Position numbers and translations under genes: made by a program. From Phallusia mammillata (Eukaryota), in NCBI GenBank assembly GCA_965637545.1, contig OZ281499.1, positions 3,906,001 to 3,970,000 on the forward strand: 64,000 nucleotides of DNA, read 5' to 3'. Shown piece by piece: positions 10,901 to 25,802 of the stretch (its first letter is position 1; each line of letters opens with the position of its first letter). The notes under the pieces are model-generated. The model was given only the letters and a program-made list of their open reading frames with translations. It ran no database searches and was not told the DNA's origin.

Positions 10901-13900
10901 CAGGAATAATATCAAGTTTACTGAGCTCTTCTGGCAATTGTATTTTTATTCCGATAAATTCGTTATCTAGCAGTGTTTTCGTTGCATTGTAACGTGCTTG
11001 CGTATAATTCTATTTTGCCTTTGTTTATCATGCACTGTACTACGCGCATTTTGTGTTATTTACAGTGATGAATGCGATCTGTACATGGTACGTCGAAACG
11101 TCTGAATAAAAATACAATTGACAGATAAGCTCTGTGAACTTGAAAGAGGATATTTTCGTACGTGTAAACAACATCGAGTGTAAGATCACTGACGCATGTC
11201 GATTGGTTGCCTGAGCAACCGTTATCAAGCAGCCAATCAGCGTATGCCTCGTTCGATGAGGTGGGATCCAAAATTGCAGAAAGGTGTCTGTTTTTATGTT
11301 CCGTTGAAAAGTCGTAGGAGAAGGTGATTCGGATGGGAGTGTTCATGCTTTCTTTGTTTTGAAATGCGACAGCCTACATACATAAGTAAGGTGTAAATAC
11401 TCAATGTTCCGATATTGCCAAGTCAAGCGTTCATGGGCAAAAAACGAATCTAAGTCTGGATCAAAAATTTTTTACCTCTTTCAGCAGTGTTTATTATTAT
11501 AATATGCCGACGTTTCGATGTCCCTAACAAGACACCTATTTCTAGATGTTTAATATGTCGAGAATTTTAACTTGAACTGGCATGACTAAAATACCAAAGG
11601 TCAGTATCTACAACAGTATCCCATGTGCTGGACGGTTTAGATATGATTTAATCAGTGTTTTTCATCGACATAGCACAGGGTGTCTTATATAACGCTTACA
11701 TTTAGCGTGACGTTGTAGCTTCTACAAGACCGAGTTGATGTCAAGTTCTGATACTGAACCTGGCTTGCATCTGTTGTGTCTCTGCCCACCAGTGTAATTC
11801 TCGCGATTTCGGTTCCGATTTGAAGACTGTCCAGCGAAACCCTTGTCACCAAGTCTTGTAAAACGATCGTAAAGTTGTAAGTCCAATAGGTTTGGCTAAA
11901 GAAACTCAAGCATACTTACCGTGGTAACTATATTCCTCGCCACTTCTTTCGCTCCCACGCACACAAGTCATAAACGTCGCGCACACGGATGTGAGGTCAT
12001 TAAGGCACCTAATGACGTCAATAGATGGAGACGAGAGAATCACTTCAGCGGTGACGTCAATAATCGGACGCGAGCGAAGTATGACGACTGTATCGCTAGA
12101 TGGCGCTCCGACCACCACGTCCGGGTATCGGTTGTTGTCCACGTCAGCTCCTTCACGTGGTCCCTTGGCGATGGCATAACCAAAGTTGACGAGATATTGC
12201 GCTACTGAGCTCCCTTTGATTCTCTATAAAGCAGAGTTGTAAACGGGTTTGAAATTAGAACCTGAACCCGAAAGTACAAGTCCGAAACCAGGCCCGAACC
12301 CCAGTCGTTTATGAAAAGTTTGATTGACAGGCGCGTATACATTAAAGCCTCAGGAAAGACCAAGACAACAAACAGAATAGACAATTGGTTTTCGACAAGG
12401 CGTTTAAGGGCTTTTTTGACATTAGGCCGGGTTCACCAACTGAAAACTTTTTTTAATACTGAGACAGAGTGTAAAGTCAGGCCTGAATCAAGCCCGTTTT
12501 TTAAGAAACCTGAGCCTGAATGCGCCCCGAAAGCCCGGTCCGACTAAGCCTACAATGGACGATTGGCGAGTGCAAAGAATTTGCTATAACTTTACCTGCT
12601 TGTTGGCGTGGGACAAACCACTAGCGGATCCGTAGTACACATAAACGGAACCACTGCTTGATGACGTCATGTCCTTTCCAGGAGCACCGATGATGACGTC
12701 ATTGTATCCGTTCCGGTCAACATCTCCTGCACTAGCCATCGACATACCGAGGCGCGCTCTGTTCTTTCCGCGCAAAATTGTGAACCGCTTGACGCGCGAT
12801 TTCTGATGTTACAATATTTGGGTTAGATTGCCATTGTTAAACTAGTATGACAACATTTTCTATTTCGACTACTTATATTTCGCTGAAAAAGGAGCTAAAA
12901 AAAGAAAAAGCGGGGTTGCTTCTTTTAGAGGTAACCAAATTATAATGAACTAACCAATGCCAATTATTTAAGATTGAATTGTATAGGAAAGCCACCTCTC
13001 TAATTTTCACAGTTGTAAGTAGAAGTTCCGTTTCCGTTTTGAACTAGTTCGTGTTGATGTTTATATAAGAGCACAGCTACTTTGTTATAGAAAAGCACAG
13101 CTACTTAAATATTTAAGTCTTTTTCAACCAAAATATGACTTGTGAAAGGGGCATGTGGCCTTTGGCGTACTCAAACGAGCACAACAGGAGTTGCTACCCT
13201 TAACACATAAAAAAGACAGACTTACCCATTGTTGGGGTCCTGGGTTGCTTGGGTTGTTGATGTAAACAAAGACTCTCCCCTGATCAAAACCGACGTGTTC
13301 GGAGAAAAGAGGAGATGAAACCAGCAAGTCATCATAAGAATCTCCGTTGACGTCAAGACACAACACAGAATGTCCGAAGTATCCGCCAAGTTGCCACATC
13401 TTCCTGTGAGGATGCAGGGTGTAATAGTGGGAAGACGGATGCTCGATCTCAGAAGACTTGAGGATCAAAACCTGAACATGGATGAAAATTGGATCTAACG
13501 CCCAGGGCAGAAAAATGCAGAAAAGAGTATTTGGGGTTAAACGCCTTAACGGTTGGTTTCTTAACTTTGTTGCTTAACTAAGTTATGTGTAACTTAGGAA
13601 TTTATTTTTCCTGTGATTCAATAGCTGTTTTTCCTAAATTATTCTCAGTAAATTAGATCAACCCAAAACAGATTTTGTACAGTAGTGAGTGTAGTCATCG
13701 GTCACTGGAATCATGTGTGATCTCGACAATAAATAAATGTCGTTTTAGCTGACTCAAAGGGTACCTAAAGGTAATAAAGCTAACCTATGAATAATTTAAA
13801 TAAAAAAAACTATTATTCGGATAAAACAATTAGGGTGCAACATTTGCGGGCCATTTTGGGTACGTAGAATTTTTAAAATCGGATGAGACCAGAATCGTTT

Positions 13901-16900
13901 TTCTGATACTACAAACAACATAAAGATTCGGCCTAGTACCTCCAGGTTTACCCTATTTGTTTCGCGCAAGCTTTGAAACATTTTTTAATCATGTCGAAAT
14001 AATTCGTTTCTTTACCTGGCCCTTGGAACGGTATCGTGGCGAACCGCTGATGATATATTCATCTGTCCCTCCAAAAAGTCGCCCACTTGTGATCGAGTAA
14101 CCTAAAAATATCTCACTACAGTAACCGAAGTATTACAGCTTTAAAACCGAAACTACGTCAGTACCTAAATAGGCGTCTCTTAGATGAGTGATATTTTCTG
14201 GATTCATAATGCTTTCTAGTCCTGTCAGATTGAGGAATTTCGGAAAGGCGTCTTTTAAAGAACGGTACAAGGCAAATGAACCTGCCCTGTCATAAGAACC
14301 AACGGAGCCCACCATAGCAGCTCCGCTCTGAAAACATGCCTTTCTTTACATGTCTGACCTAACCCGCAGTGCACTTGGTTCGTTTGCTTTTGTTTAAATA
14401 TGATTTTCAAATCTCGGCAAATTTAATTTGGCCTCGGTGTGGTAATAAATACAACCTTCTCAACAAAACAAAATAAATATTTGCAAAAATTATTCAAAAA
14501 ATATAACTAACGTACCTCATACTCTACAAATGAAATCAATTACATTACTCTTGAAACACGGGCCATAAAGCACAACAGTCATATTAGATCTGAATACTGC
14601 GACCTGGCATCTTTCTTTCGTTGCTACTTACTTGGGAGGCATGAATGGAAAATCCCAGTTGACCATTTGTTAATTCTGATGTTGCGTTGCTCACCGTTCC
14701 TGAAACAGTGTGTAAAAAAACCATTGTGTAGAGCTGAACCTCGTTTTAACGGAATGGTGGCCAATAATAAACTAAACTAAAAACAACGTATTCTTCTTGC
14801 ATTGCCCTGTGTGCCAATATTACCGTTTTTCAATAATACTACTTCGGTTTCATAAGCAACACCTAATGTTTAAAAGTTTGTAACTGATGGGAAATAAATT
14901 CTGGATCTTGTTGGGAACGTATAATAATTTTAGATGCATATTTGTACGTGATGTCGCAATTGCTAATAGATTCAATTAGCAGCAAGCACTTTTCCTGTTT
15001 TTCACATAAAAAAATGGACGAAGTTAAAATTGTCTGAGACGCTTGGATCGGTGGTTACAGGTTTGAACCCCATTAAAGTAACCTAACCTTCGAGCTGGAA
15101 TGAAGCGGTTTGTTTAATAACTTTTGTCAGTTTGCTGAGAATTTGACTTAGGGCGTCGAAGTTGCTGACTTCCAACACGTGTTCCCGAAGCCCAGCAATC
15201 CCTAGAAGTTCACTATCAACGATGCCTGATCCGATTCCAACCGATACAATTGTGATGTTGTCGTTCCTGTGTAAGAAACCACCTTTGGAATGATTGATTG
15301 GTAAAATTATATTTTTTACCAGTAGGGCTTCTTTAAATATAATGAAATTTAATGGTTTTGTTTTATTCATCGCTTTGGCAATTTTCGCCGTATATGTGCA
15401 CTATCGGCTTGCCCGATTATCGGAAACGTGTTTAATATCCTTTGCTGTTTAAATACAATATACACGAAAGACGGGAACAAATGCATTGTTAAAAATACCA
15501 AGCTGTTTATAGGTGTCGTTAGGTTAATGGGTTAATGGGGGGCGAATAAGGTGTCGTTAGGTTAATGGGTTGAGTTATTCATACTATTTTTCAATTGAGT
15601 TGTAAAAAGAAATTGCTAACGTCTTTCAGCTCAAAATAACAATACAAAGAATAGCTCGTTCACGCAGGCTTGTTTGGTGCCATTGATCGTTTTTACATTC
15701 AGCATCGAAGACATTTTAGCTACTTGCTTATCGGGGTAACATAAAAAACAATACACGACAAAATGAGAAGTTATGAGAAATACGAATTTTACATCATTAT
15801 CGCCGAAACCATTATCTGTTTTTAGCTTGACCTTGCGTTCTTTGCTGAATCATTGACCTTGTCTGGGTAAGCTGATTGGCCATCTGTCATAACAATCATG
15901 AGTCGTGAAATATTGTTGCCAGTTTGAACGGACTTAAATTCGTTGGCTGCCGCGTTAATTCCCTTGTAGGTATGAGTACTATTACCATTCGCGTATGAAG
16001 TGTTCAAAACCAAATCTACGACAACACACAGAAAAATATAAGCAAAGTTAGCCATTTCAGTGTATACAAATCGTTACTGCCATAATCAAAACTGAAAAGT
16101 GTATTTCTAATCAATCGACGTCGTATTAAGGTGTTCTTCTGCAGGTTAAATAGTCCGGTCCTTATTTCAATAGAAATTCTGATATGTATCTTGAAAATTA
16201 CCCACCGTACAAGAATACAGCGCTTCTTTTTTTCAATGAAATCGAGAGTCGTGCAGTGGTTCCGTAGTTGACCATTCCAACCCTTACATCACCTACATTG
16301 ATTGATGACCTATAATAGAAAAAAATCTAACTGATTCACTTCGACAAAAAGCTAGCATTGGCCATCAGTTTGTCAACACTTTTTCCTATCATTTACCCCA
16401 GTTAGATGTAATTAACCTACACGACTTATAAGCCCACAAAAACTGTTCATAAACAAAGCTTTTAGGTAAATGTTTTGTCAGTGACTTTCTTAGTGTGTGC
16501 AATTTTTGAAAAAGCGAGTGACTACGTTTGTAAACCAAATCAAGCAAATATTTTTTCTCGTCTCACAGGAATATGAACTTGATTGTGCTTTCTTGTACTT
16601 TCCCAAAAGGCTTCTTTTTCAATGAAATGCTGATAATGATGTAATATACATTTTAAGTCTTAATAACAAATGACTTCAAATGTAAAAAGTATTTTGTGAA
16701 CATAAATCTACGAACATTGGGTCAATTACAGTCTTTGTCCACAAAGCATTGTAATTCGGTAAAGTTTCAACAACATCCCAAGGTATGTCACATTCAACCC
16801 CCATTAAGAACCTTTTGCACTAATCCCTACGTCAGTTAGAAATCTTTATTCTGGTAATATCACTTACTCGAAACCTTTAGCAACGCTGTTTATCCACTCC

Positions 16901-19558
16901 AACGCTTTCTGGTAATTGGGTTTACCAACGCTGAGAGACTCATCAACCACAAACATGATATCAACCTTCAAGCGACTAGAGTTTGCACACGAGAGATCTA
17001 GAAATTGCATTTATTGTGTAGATGTTGTAAATTATAGAACACCATTTATTTATACACCTTGCATTCCTAATATGTTTGTAAATCAAGAAAAATCAACAAG
17101 AATATATAGTTAAGGCAATTCTCTTCCGAAAACTGCTTTCACCTAATCATCAGCAACATGTTTGTTGTCCTGCTGTTTACGGACTGTATACGAATATCCG
17201 CTTTAAAATCACAAAAACAATTGACAATAAAATACAACTGCCTAAAAATAGGGCTGCTTTGCATTAACTAAGGCTAACCATAATGCAAGTCATAACAAAA
17301 TGACCTGTGGTAATATCTTACCGGCTTGGAACGGATTTGCCATTTCCACAGCTGTAGTATTGGTGGCATAACAGACTCCCATTAGCCACGGGTCCTTGGT
17401 GCTATTAGGACATTGGTAACTGTATTTCGGTGCGCAGGCCTACAAACACTTGGTGTTTAAATAAATAGTCTAGGTTGAGTTAAATAAAAAAAGATGAAAA
17501 CTTACGATAACTTGTTTCTTGTTAGCAGTGTTGACTAGGGACATTCCAAGTGACCCACCCTTATCTGCAATTTGTTAAGTGTATCAATAAAATTTCGGCT
17601 GAAGTATTGGAAAGCACAATGAGTTCCTTTTTCACATGTGCTAATCACACAGACCAATAACCGTAGCTTTCTTGTCTCAAATAGTGACGGTGTTGTTTTG
17701 ATGGTCGTGGGACACAAACACCATTTTAATAGCGACATATTGTTCGCATTAGTAATACTGAAAATGATTTGCATGTAAGAAACGTTTGTTTCGTTTCACA
17801 GAACTTAATGGCACAGGAATGGAAAGTGTGGTGATTCTGTGCATCAAACTGTTGCTGGCTCAGTAGGTTACAGTATACAGTTATGAAGATGTTTTGGTGT
17901 TTGTGAAATGTTTGGTGGACAAGAGTGTCTCCAAAGTCGTAAATATGCCAGCGGTTAGAGACATTGTCGCTGCGGATTTTAATTGATTTGTAGAAGAATA
18001 CCGAAGTATTTTAGTTTTTGCATGTCTTCGGCAAGACAAGACATACTTTGTAACGTTTCAAATATATCGGCAAACTAATTGACTATGAGACTTCGATAAA
18101 ATAAGGCATACAAATAATGTGTCATATAATGCCTTGTCTAGCTTTGCGTGGTCTCTACATCTTTGATTGTTTTCTTCTTTTGTGGAAAAAGGGCCTTCAG
18201 CGGAAATGCTTAAAAACGGTCGGTTAGAAACTGAAACTTTAGCCAAAATCTTTGGGCTAGACAAAGCTTCCGCCTGTTCATAGTTAAACTAGTGTTTCTT
18301 TGTCCACACCACACACCTATTTAATAGGTTTTCATTTTTTAGCAAAGCGGTTGACTATTACTAAGCAAATAGGAGTAGAATGTATTGCGTGGCCAAAAGT
18401 ATAGGTAAAACTTAAAATACCAATACAAATAATTAATTATCTTAACTAATAATGACTGTTTTAAAATAATCGTAATGATGCCTTTGTCTATAAACTATTA
18501 CCTAGCTGTTTAAAAGCGCTACTACTGGATAACACGTTAAAAAATACGGATTAAAGCCACACAATATTTCCCGTTAGTAAAGAAAGGCCTATGACTCACC
18601 GATCTTGACTCGTTCGTTGCATGTCGTGACTCCTGAAGTGTTTGTGGGATCAATTTCACAACGGAACAATGACCCTTTGGAGGAATTGCCGTATTTGGGT
18701 GCGCCGATAAACAGAACGGATGTCGTACTGTAATGTAAGACAGAGTTATGATTGAGTCAAAACAGAGTTATGATTGCTTTGATTCAAGTTGATCCAACGA
18801 AACAATGCCAAAAGTTTGGGCCCTTATCGACAATTAAAAACATTTTATTTCTCCCTAAGTTGTTGCATATAGTATAGGTGATAAACAACCACTGACTTAA
18901 CGCTTTCAAAGTCCAGAGCTCCAGCATTTGGATTAATCTTTTAGCACTATACTCAGAAAAGTCATTCAAAATTCAAACTTGCAGAGAGCTTGCATGTTGC
19001 GAGTTTATACATACCATGACAAACGTTTTAACAATACATTTAAATCATTAGTGCTACCTACAAAACGACTGTATTTTTTTACGATATACAAGCCATAGAC
19101 CAGGGGCGGGCAACCTTTGTTACTGTGGGGCCAGATACAAAGTCAAAATGGGATCGCGGGCCGCACAGGTGTATAACACAAAGTGATTTCTCAACTACAA
19201 GTATAATTCGTATTTGATTTCAGGTGCATTTTACCAGGTCGCAGAAAACTAGCATCAATGTAATTATTGGACTCGTTTGCTGGTACTTCTGAAATCCAAA
19301 CGTCTCTGCGGGCCGCACAACCTTTAAAGAAGTGCCGCATGCGGCCCCTGGGCTTGCCCACCCCTGCCATAGACTGTTGTACTATGATCAAGGCTTTGAT
19401 TAGCTCATTTACCATGTGTTTGTAATGGCAATACCGACGCCATACTGATATCCGGATCCAGAAGGTTTCACGAGTCCAACCGACCTGGTTTCGACATTTT
19501 GCTGAAAAGCGAAATCTAAGTACGCGACCAAAAGTACAGCAATGCAAATAGCTCGCAT
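7905..19558 (-). CDS. Integrin alpha subunit with alphaI domain, paralog B (about 26 exons from ATG to the transmembrane exon; cytoplasmic-tail exon uncertain)
   Basis: Signal-peptide exon 19413-19558. I domain: DESLS MIDAS near 16940, MIVMTDG near 15890, linker ..FQLEG near 15090. FG-GAP/Ca-binding repeats: DVNGDSYDDLLVSSP (about 13.3 kb), DVDRNGYNDVIIGAP (about 12.7 kb), DVDNNRYPDVVVGAP (about 12.1 kb). Thigh/calf exons at 8.1-11.9 kb (IYNTGANSL, CEDVICETIRCHV). TM exon 7905-8042 ends GVIIGATVGALLFLALLVVLLWK|gtaagt. Confidence 0.92.
10180..10419 (-). mobile_element. Copy of the tRNA-core foldback repeat
   Basis: gcgtctatgcagaccagcgatcac module, arm ..ccgaatcagccgg.., B-box-like agattcgaacc, and inverted arm ..gattcggtatggcgccttcaatg..gtactgtgatcg. 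Confidence 0.7.
19101..19366. mobile_element. hAT (Charlie-like) MITE
   Basis: TIRs caggggcgggcaa / ttgcccacccctg; 8-bp TSD CCATAGAC; absent from the paralogous intron near 3270. Confidence 0.88.
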
Positions 19559-21461
19559 ATCTGCAAGATTAGTGGCTAGAAACAACTAAACAAACAACAT
19601 GGTTCTCTCTGAACTTCATTTTTTATGTTATAATATGTTCACAGATCTGACCGCTTACATACGATTAAGCATACAAATGTTTTTTACTTCAAAAACAACG
19701 TTAGTGTCTTCTTGAAATATAATCTACAGTCATGTTACAAAAATACCATGTTTAAGTTAAAAACAGTTCTAAAAAATGTATTTTATCTACTTTCTTGAAA
19801 CCTATGCCTGCATTCTGTGTTGTAGTTTTGTCCTAAAAGAAACAACCAGGAACTTAAACGCAAGGAACCTTTTCCAAACTCTATTATGTTGGTTGCAGCT
19901 ACTTTAGCAAAATACCCGAACTCCTGAGTACAATAACCACAATGGTATGTGCGAACGACGTATACCTGTATCAGTTCATTGTTCTTCGTTTTAAATTTAG
20001 TCGTTGACAACTCAATGGAATATCAGTTTCGAAAGATGAATTAAAGTTATGATGCGGACATATTGTTTAGGTTTCTTTTTCATAAATCAAAACACAATGC
20101 ACGCAGATGTGTTATGAGAAACTTCATTCTAACACTTACTTTCTATTGTCAGAACTGCTTTTAGATCACATATCAAATACGTAAACTTCCTTGTAATGTA
20201 GTGTGAGTCCTTAACTTTATTGGTCTACTGCTGAAACTATAGCACAGTATTGACTGTTAATAAGGCGTCCAAAAATATCTTTAAATAAATGGTGGTGTAC
20301 TGTTCTGACTTCGTTTGCTCTATTCCCAGCGAATGAGAGTCATTAATCCAAAACATACTGTCACATAGTTTCGTTGAACAATTTGTTAATCAGAAATGCT
20401 ATTAATAAAACTTTGTTGTGTTGTGCATGTTTCTGGGCTCCTGTACGGTAAAGATCATACTCCAAACAAAGTTAAACTTTATTTTCATTTCGAAAAACGA
20501 TATTTGTAAACCGTTTAGGGCCACGTGAAACATGCTTTGTCACCAAGCCAATTCCATTATTGCATGCAATGAATTTAAAAACCATGCTTAAAATCTTTCG
20601 TTTTTGCATATTGCATACCTTTATAGCTGCGTAAATGTACGTTTTATTATTCAATTAAAACACTTTCAAATCAGTTCTGACTTTATAAAACGTTAGTCTT
20701 AACCACATCATGTAACTATCAGTTTTTATTCCTTTGTTTAGTAAATACTTCAATGCAAGCTATCTGTGCTTAGGGAAACCTATTGTTGTCAAAACACTCA
20801 CAAAGTTAACCATTAGGAATGTGGTGAAGGAAGAAACGTAAAAGGTTCAGCAAACCCTTTAGACTTTCGTGAAACTTTGTAACTGCATATAGTAACACCT
20901 TTCAAATAAACAGAATCAGTGAATGTATTTAAGAATATTTATTACAAATCAATTCATCTACAGCACAGCAAACAGTAAAAAGCATAGTGGAAAACTACTT
21001 ATTTTATTACAATGATCCAACAGTGAACTTGCAAACAGTCAAGGACCCCAAAATAATCCAGAACAGCTTAGGGTAAATCCCTGGGGCATGACCGGTCGTA
21101 ATAGTTGTAATTTCCGGCGGATTGGTCGTATCCGGTTCTTGAAAGAAGGCAAAGTAATGGTTTCAGATTACATGAACTTACAAATATTAGCACTTTTATT
21201 GTCAAGCTTTAACAATGTCCAAATGTTCACTGAGTGTAGTAGAGTTGATTTTGTTTCGCTTGGTCAAAGAACACCTAGTCACATAATTGCACTGAACAAT
21301 CACTAATCCGGAAACAGCTGCGTGAAGGGCACAATTGATGGATGATGACTAAATCAGCTATACCGCTACAGCAGCTACGCTACTTATGTATTTAGGGTGT
21401 ATATTTTGTTACTCTTCAACCTCTTGTTGCATATGAAAAAATGCAATAAATAAAGCGGTAA

Positions 21462-21605
21462 GCTGCAGACAGTGCGCACTGTTTTGACCTACAAGGTCCC
21501 ATCTGTGCAGTGATAGGCCGCATTGGCTAGTGTAGCAATCCAACGAACATCGAACAAAATAATAATAAGACCCTTATAGGTAGAAACAGTGTGCACTGTC
21601 TGAAA
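21462..21605. mobile_element. Hammerhead foldback element copy (degenerate cores)
   Basis: Minus 21462-21510: ctgca CAGATGG gacc ttgta ggtc AAAA cagtgcgcactg TC tgcag. Plus 21563-21605: ..GAAA cagtgtgcactg TC tg. Shares the internal gcattggctagtgtagc with 3880-3896. Confidence 0.75.
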
Positions 21606-21873
21606 CTTCTAATCTATTGTGCACTGTCTGAAACTTCTAATCTATTACAAACAAACCTTAGTTTGACAAAATGGCACTTAAACTTTACAGACATTAATCA
21701 CAAACCTGAGATTTTAAACACAAACCTGAGATTTGACCGACAATTCTAAGGCCAGCAGACTCTGGGAGATTAATAGTATTAGTTTCTGCGTTGTTTGCGT
21801 CACGAACGGGAGTAATGACGTCATTGTCGTCGTTGTGTGTGTTAACATCTCTCTTACTGATCAAAGGAAGTCT

Positions 21874-22035
21874 TGTAGCGCTGTTTATTTGCGCGAGTTC
21901 AAATATCGAATGACACAGGACAGAAAGGGCGAGACAAAACACGTTGCAAATAGAAAAAGGCACGTGACGTATTGTGCGGTTCGGTTACGCATGACTGGTT
22001 AACGCAGTTGGGGAAAACACCCAGTTGTCGCCACA
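21874..22035 (-). repeat. 3' LTR (162 bp)
   Basis: Identical to the 5' LTR; preceded on the minus strand by the polypurine tract GGAGGGGGG (about 22039-22047). Confidence 0.95.
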
Positions 22036-25000
22036 CAGCCCCCCTCCAGAATCGTACAATGCGCGACAATAATGATTGCAATGGTTGACGTCTGGTCGCA
22101 TTCTCGCGAAGGCATTGCATGCGTTTTTCTTCGGGGGCCGTCCTCTTCTTGGAGGTTGTGCAACCTGAACAGGCATAGTTAAATCGACCTGTGCTGGTTT
22201 GAGTCTGTCAACCGAAACGGTTTGTGGTCGCCCACCCAAATCCACTATGAAAGACTTTGCGCCGGTCTCAATGACTTTGTAGGGACCCTCATATGGCGGC
22301 GTTAATGGCGGACGATGGGAATCTTTTCTGATAAACACAAACTTTGTTGTTGACAAATTAGCTGGAATAGCTGACTTTTTTAGACCATGGCGGGACATAC
22401 GGATCGGAGCCTGCTTTAAAATGGTGTCTTCTAGAGTATGGAGAAGTGTTGCTAAATCCGACGAAGGATTCTTCAGTGGAACGATGTCTCCCGGTATCCG
22501 TATCGGCGCACCATATACAAGCTGAGCGGACGATGCTTGTAAATCTTCTTTAGTTATGGTTCTAATTCCTAGAAGTACCCATGGTAACTCATCAAGCCAA
22601 TTTGAACTGCTCATACGGGCCATGAGAGCACTTTTTAAGTGTCTATGAAATCGTTCCACGAGGCCGTTTGCTTGCGCGTGGAAAGCCGTGGTTTTATGAA
22701 GCTTAATGCCTAAAAGCTGATTCATCATTGACCACAGTTCTGAAGTGAATTGCGCCCCACGATCTGAAGAAATATCTGCTGGAATGCCAAATCGGGCAAT
22801 CCAGTTGCTAATGAAGGCTCTAGCACATGTCATTGTCGTTTGATCCTTCATCGGTATGGCTTCTGGCCATCGAGTAACACGGTCGACAATTGTAAGGAGA
22901 TAGGTATATCCTTGTGATTGCGGCAGCGGTCCTACTATATCTATATTCAAGTGACTGAAACGTGTCGCTGTGGGTGGATATTCAGCCAATGGAGCGCGAA
23001 TGTGTTGCTGAATTTTCGCCCTTTGACACGACAAGCATTGCTTCGCCCATGTACTAACATCTCTTCGCATTCCATGCCACACAAACTTTGATGCAACTAA
23101 GTTGCTTGTGGCCCGTATGGAGGGGTGTGACAGTCCGTGGATTGCATGAAAAACGCGTTTTCGCCAAGCTTGAGGAACTAATGGTCGAGGATTCCTGCCA
23201 GAAATATCACAGAGAATAATAGTTCCTTCGTGGTCGTAAGCAATACCTTTGAACTTCAGCTTAGTAATAGAGGTGCGGTAAGCTTGCATCTCGTCATGAG
23301 CTTCTTGCTGGGCTGCAGCCAATAACTTGTAATCAAAATTAACACAGTCGGAAACACTTGCGAGCAAGGACCTGGAGAGTGCATCAGCAACAGGGTTGTT
23401 TTTACCATCGATATGTTTAATATCAGTGGTAAACTCTGAAACGTATGAAAGGTGTCGTTGCTGACGTGCTGACCACGGATCTGTAGCTTTATTAATGGCA
23501 AATGTGAGTGGTTTATGGTCCGTGTACGCGGTGAAAGATCTTCCTTCCAAAAAATATTTAAAATGGCGGACAGCCAAATACAATGCCAACAGCTCGCGGT
23601 CAAAGGTGCTGTACTTAAGCTCAGATGGCCGTAGGCATTTGCTAAAAAACGCCAAAGGTCTCCATTGACTGTCGATTTGCTGCTCCAAAACTGCGCCAAC
23701 AGCAAACTGGGAAGCGTCCACAGTTAAAGCGGTTTTTGCCTCGAGCCCTGGGTGGTTAAGTAGCGTAGCATTTGCAAGTGCGTCTTTAGCTTCATCAAAA
23801 GCGGTCTGAAGGCTTTCTGTCCACGTCAAATCCTTTGGCTTATTAGACAGAGCTTTGTATATGGGTAACATTATGGTAGCAGCTGATGGTATGAATCGAT
23901 GATAAAAATTTATCATACCACTAAATTGCTGTAAACCTGCAATTGTTGTTGGGCGTTTGAATCTTCGTATTGCCTCCACTTTTTCCGGCAAGGGCTTGGC
24001 CCCATGGACATTAACTTGATGTCCAAGAAAATCAATTTGTGTCTGCCCGAACCTGCACTTCGCAGTGTTAATAATAAGACCATGGCTGTCTAATCTTTTG
24101 AACAGTTGTCGTAGATGGTCAATATGCTCACTTGAAGTTTTGCTGGCCACAAGAATATCGTCAAGATAAACAAAAGCAAAAGGTAAATTTGTGCAAACGG
24201 AATCCATTAAACGCTGGAAAGCTTGTGCTGCGTTTTTTAATCCAAATGGCATACGCAAGAATTCGAACAAACCGAATGGGGTAATTACAGCAGTCTTTGG
24301 TACATCAACTGGCGCAACAGGCACTTGGTGATAACCACGAACCAAGTCTATTTTTGAAAAAATTGTGGCACCTGTTAAATGCGCAGAAAAGTCCTGGATG
24401 TGGGGAATAGAATATCGATCCGCTTCAGTGATCGCGTTCAAACGCCTGTAGTCACCACAGGGCCTCCAACCGCCGGATGCTTTGGGCACCATGTGTAAAG
24501 GCGATGACCAGGGACTCGAAGAACGCCGCACGATTCCTAGGTCAAGCAAATGTTGAAATTCCTGTTTGGCAATCTTCAATTTTTCAGGGGGCAGACGCCT
24601 TGCCCTAGCATGGACTGGCGGCCCATGTGTGATAATAAAGTGCTCTACCTGATGCTTGGGTTGTGAGTCAGAAAAGCTACTTTTGGTCAGATTGGGGAAT
24701 TCTGAAAGTAGTTTGGTGTAAGTTGGTTGTGCTGCAAAAGACATTATGTCACGCGGTGAATTCGCTGTCTTAGAAGAATTCACATTATCTGCAGAATTCG
24801 CATGCCACAGTCGATGGCGCTTGAAGTCCACAAGCAACCCATTTGCATGCAAGAAATCGATGCCCAGCAGGGGCCGAGATACATCGGCTATTACAAATTT
24901 CCAAGCAAATCTACCAATGGAAAGATGCAAAGTTAAAACTTTGAAGCCGTACGTACGTATAACAGTTCCATTGGCTGCTTTAAGTGAAACACCAGGTCTG

Positions 25001-25158
25001 TTTGAGCGACGATCCCGTCCAGTTGCAGGTAGCACACTTACTTCAGCACCACTGTCGATTAAGAAGTTGGCTCCTGTGTTGCAGTCTGACACGAAAAAGA
25101 GTCGGTTTTGCCTGCCGGCCGTCGCAGCCAATCTGGGCGGCCGGCTGGCTCGTTTCCC
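21985..25158 (-). CDS. pol: Retrotransposon Pol (protease-RT-RNaseH-integrase), entered by -1 frameshift
   Basis: Uninterrupted ORF: protease LIDSGA, RT ([13 protein letters not shown]), RNaseH ([19 protein letters not shown]), integrase HHCC plus D-D-E (DIVGPL, SDRGAQF, NGLVER) and a GPY motif. Domain order is Gypsy-type. Confidence 0.95.
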   Translation of the reverse strand, partial: GKRASRPPRLAATAGRQNRLFFVSDCNTGANFLIDSGAEVSVLPATGRDRRSNRPGVSLKAANGTVIRTYGFKVLTLHLSIGRFAWKFVIADVSRPLLGIDFLHANGLLVDFKRHRLWHANSADNVNSSKTANSPRDIMSFAAQPTYTKLLSEFPNLTKSSFSDSQPKHQVEHFIITHGPPVHARARRLPPEKLKIAKQEFQHLLDLGIVRRSSSPWSSPLHMVPKASGGWRPCGDYRRLNAITEADRYSIPHIQDFSAHLTGATIFSKIDLVRGYHQVPVAPVDVPKTAVITPFGLFEFLRMPFGLKNAAQAFQRLMDSVCTNLPFAFVYLDDILVASKTSSEHIDHLRQLFKRLDSHGLIINTAKCRFGQTQIDFLGHQVNVHGAKPLPEKVEAIRRFKRPTTIAGLQQFSGMINFYHRFIPSAATIMLPIYKALSNKPKDLTWTESLQTAFDEAKDALANATLLNHPGLEAKTALTVDASQFAVGAVLEQQIDSQWRPLAFFSKCLRPSELKYSTFDRELLALYLAVRHFKYFLEGRSFTAYTDHKPLTFAINKATDPWSARQQRHLSYVSEFTTDIKHIDGKNNPVADALSRSLLASVSDCVNFDYKLLAAAQQEAHDEMQAYRTSITKLKFKGIAYDHEGTIILCDISGRNPRPLVPQAWRKRVFHAIHGLSHPSIRATSNLVASKFVWHGMRRDVSTWAKQCLSCQRAKIQQHIRAPLAEYPPTATRFSHLNIDIVGPLPQSQGYTYLLTIVDRVTRWPEAIPMKDQTTMTCARAFISNWIARFGIPADISSDRGAQFTSELWSMMNQLLGIKLHKTTAFHAQANGLVERFHRHLKSALMARMSSSNWLDELPWVLLGIRTITKEDLQASSAQLVYGAPIRIPGDIVPLKNPSSDLATLLHTLEDTILKQAPIRMSRHGLKKSAIPANLSTTKFVFIRKDSHRPPLTPPYEGPYKVIETGAKSFIVDLGGRPQTVSVDRLKPAQVDLTMPVQVAQPPRRGRPPKKNACNAFARMRPDVNHCNHYCRALYDSGGGLCGDNWVFSPTALTSHA

Positions 25159-25778
25159 TGACAAATACATGGTCGGCGGCAACGACGTGCCTTGGGCCCA
25201 AAGCGCTGATGAAAAAAACAAAGGCCGTCTCCACGCGGATCAAAAGCAGACTTGTTGCTTTGACTCTGCACTTTTGAAACAATAAAATTTGGGTCGCGCC
25301 TTGCTTGCCATAAAACATCTGCTCTCTTGGCGAAACTTCGAAGGTCGTCGATGTTCTCTTTTGCCAAAATAATTCTGATGTCTTCTGGCATTTGTTGTAA
25401 AAATAGATGCTCAAAAAGGAAACACGGCTTGTGATCGCCTAATAAAGCCAGCATTTCATCCATTAGGGCTGAAGGTTTTCGGTCTCCTAAATCAGGCAAA
25501 TTTAAAAGACGAGCGGCTCTCTCTTGCTTTGAAAGAGAATATGTGTCCAACAGTTGCTGCTTAAGCGCTTCATATTTTTCTTCTGCAGGCGGATGTTCCA
25601 ACAAATCAATTAGACGTTGTGCTGCGTTTTGATCCAATGCAGAAACCACATAATAAAACTTTGTTTTATCGTCAATTATCTTCCGCAAAGCAAACTGTGC
25701 TTCTGCTTGATTAAACCAAACACGCGGTTGCGCGGTCCAAAATGTCGGCAACTTTAAAGACACTGCATGCTCTTCCAT
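25059..25778 (-). CDS. gag: Retrotransposon Gag
   Basis: 239-aa ORF with N-terminal LKLPTFW..P..WF.QAEAQF and a CHCC knuckle [18 protein letters not shown] (C-x2-H-x9-C-x3-C), typical of the CsRn1 clade. Confidence 0.9.
   Translation of the reverse strand: MEEHAVSLKLPTFWTAQPRVWFNQAEAQFALRKIIDDKTKFYYVVSALDQNAAQRLIDLLEHPPAEEKYEALKQQLLDTYSLSKQERAARLLNLPDLGDRKPSALMDEMLALLGDHKPCFLFEHLFLQQMPEDIRIILAKENIDDLRSFAKRADVLWQARRDPNFIVSKVQSQSNKSAFDPRGDGLCFFHQRFGPKARRCRRPCICQGNEPAGRPDWLRRPAGKTDSFSCQTATQEPTS
25105..25158 (-). promoter_or_regulatory. -1 ribosomal frameshift signal
   Basis: Slippery heptamer G GGA AAC (25152-25158) in the gag frame; pol is in the -1 frame; followed by an 8-bp GC stem GCCGGCCG/CGGCCGGC. 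Confidence 0.8.
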
Positions 25779-25802
25779 CCTGAGAAATTCGTTCTCAGGT
25801 TA

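Noticed and set aside
24746-25285. 179-aa plus-strand ORF, and the 149-aa ORF at 23256-23705
   Set aside because: Antisense or alternative-frame shadows of gag-pol in GC-richer sequence, with no recognisable motifs.
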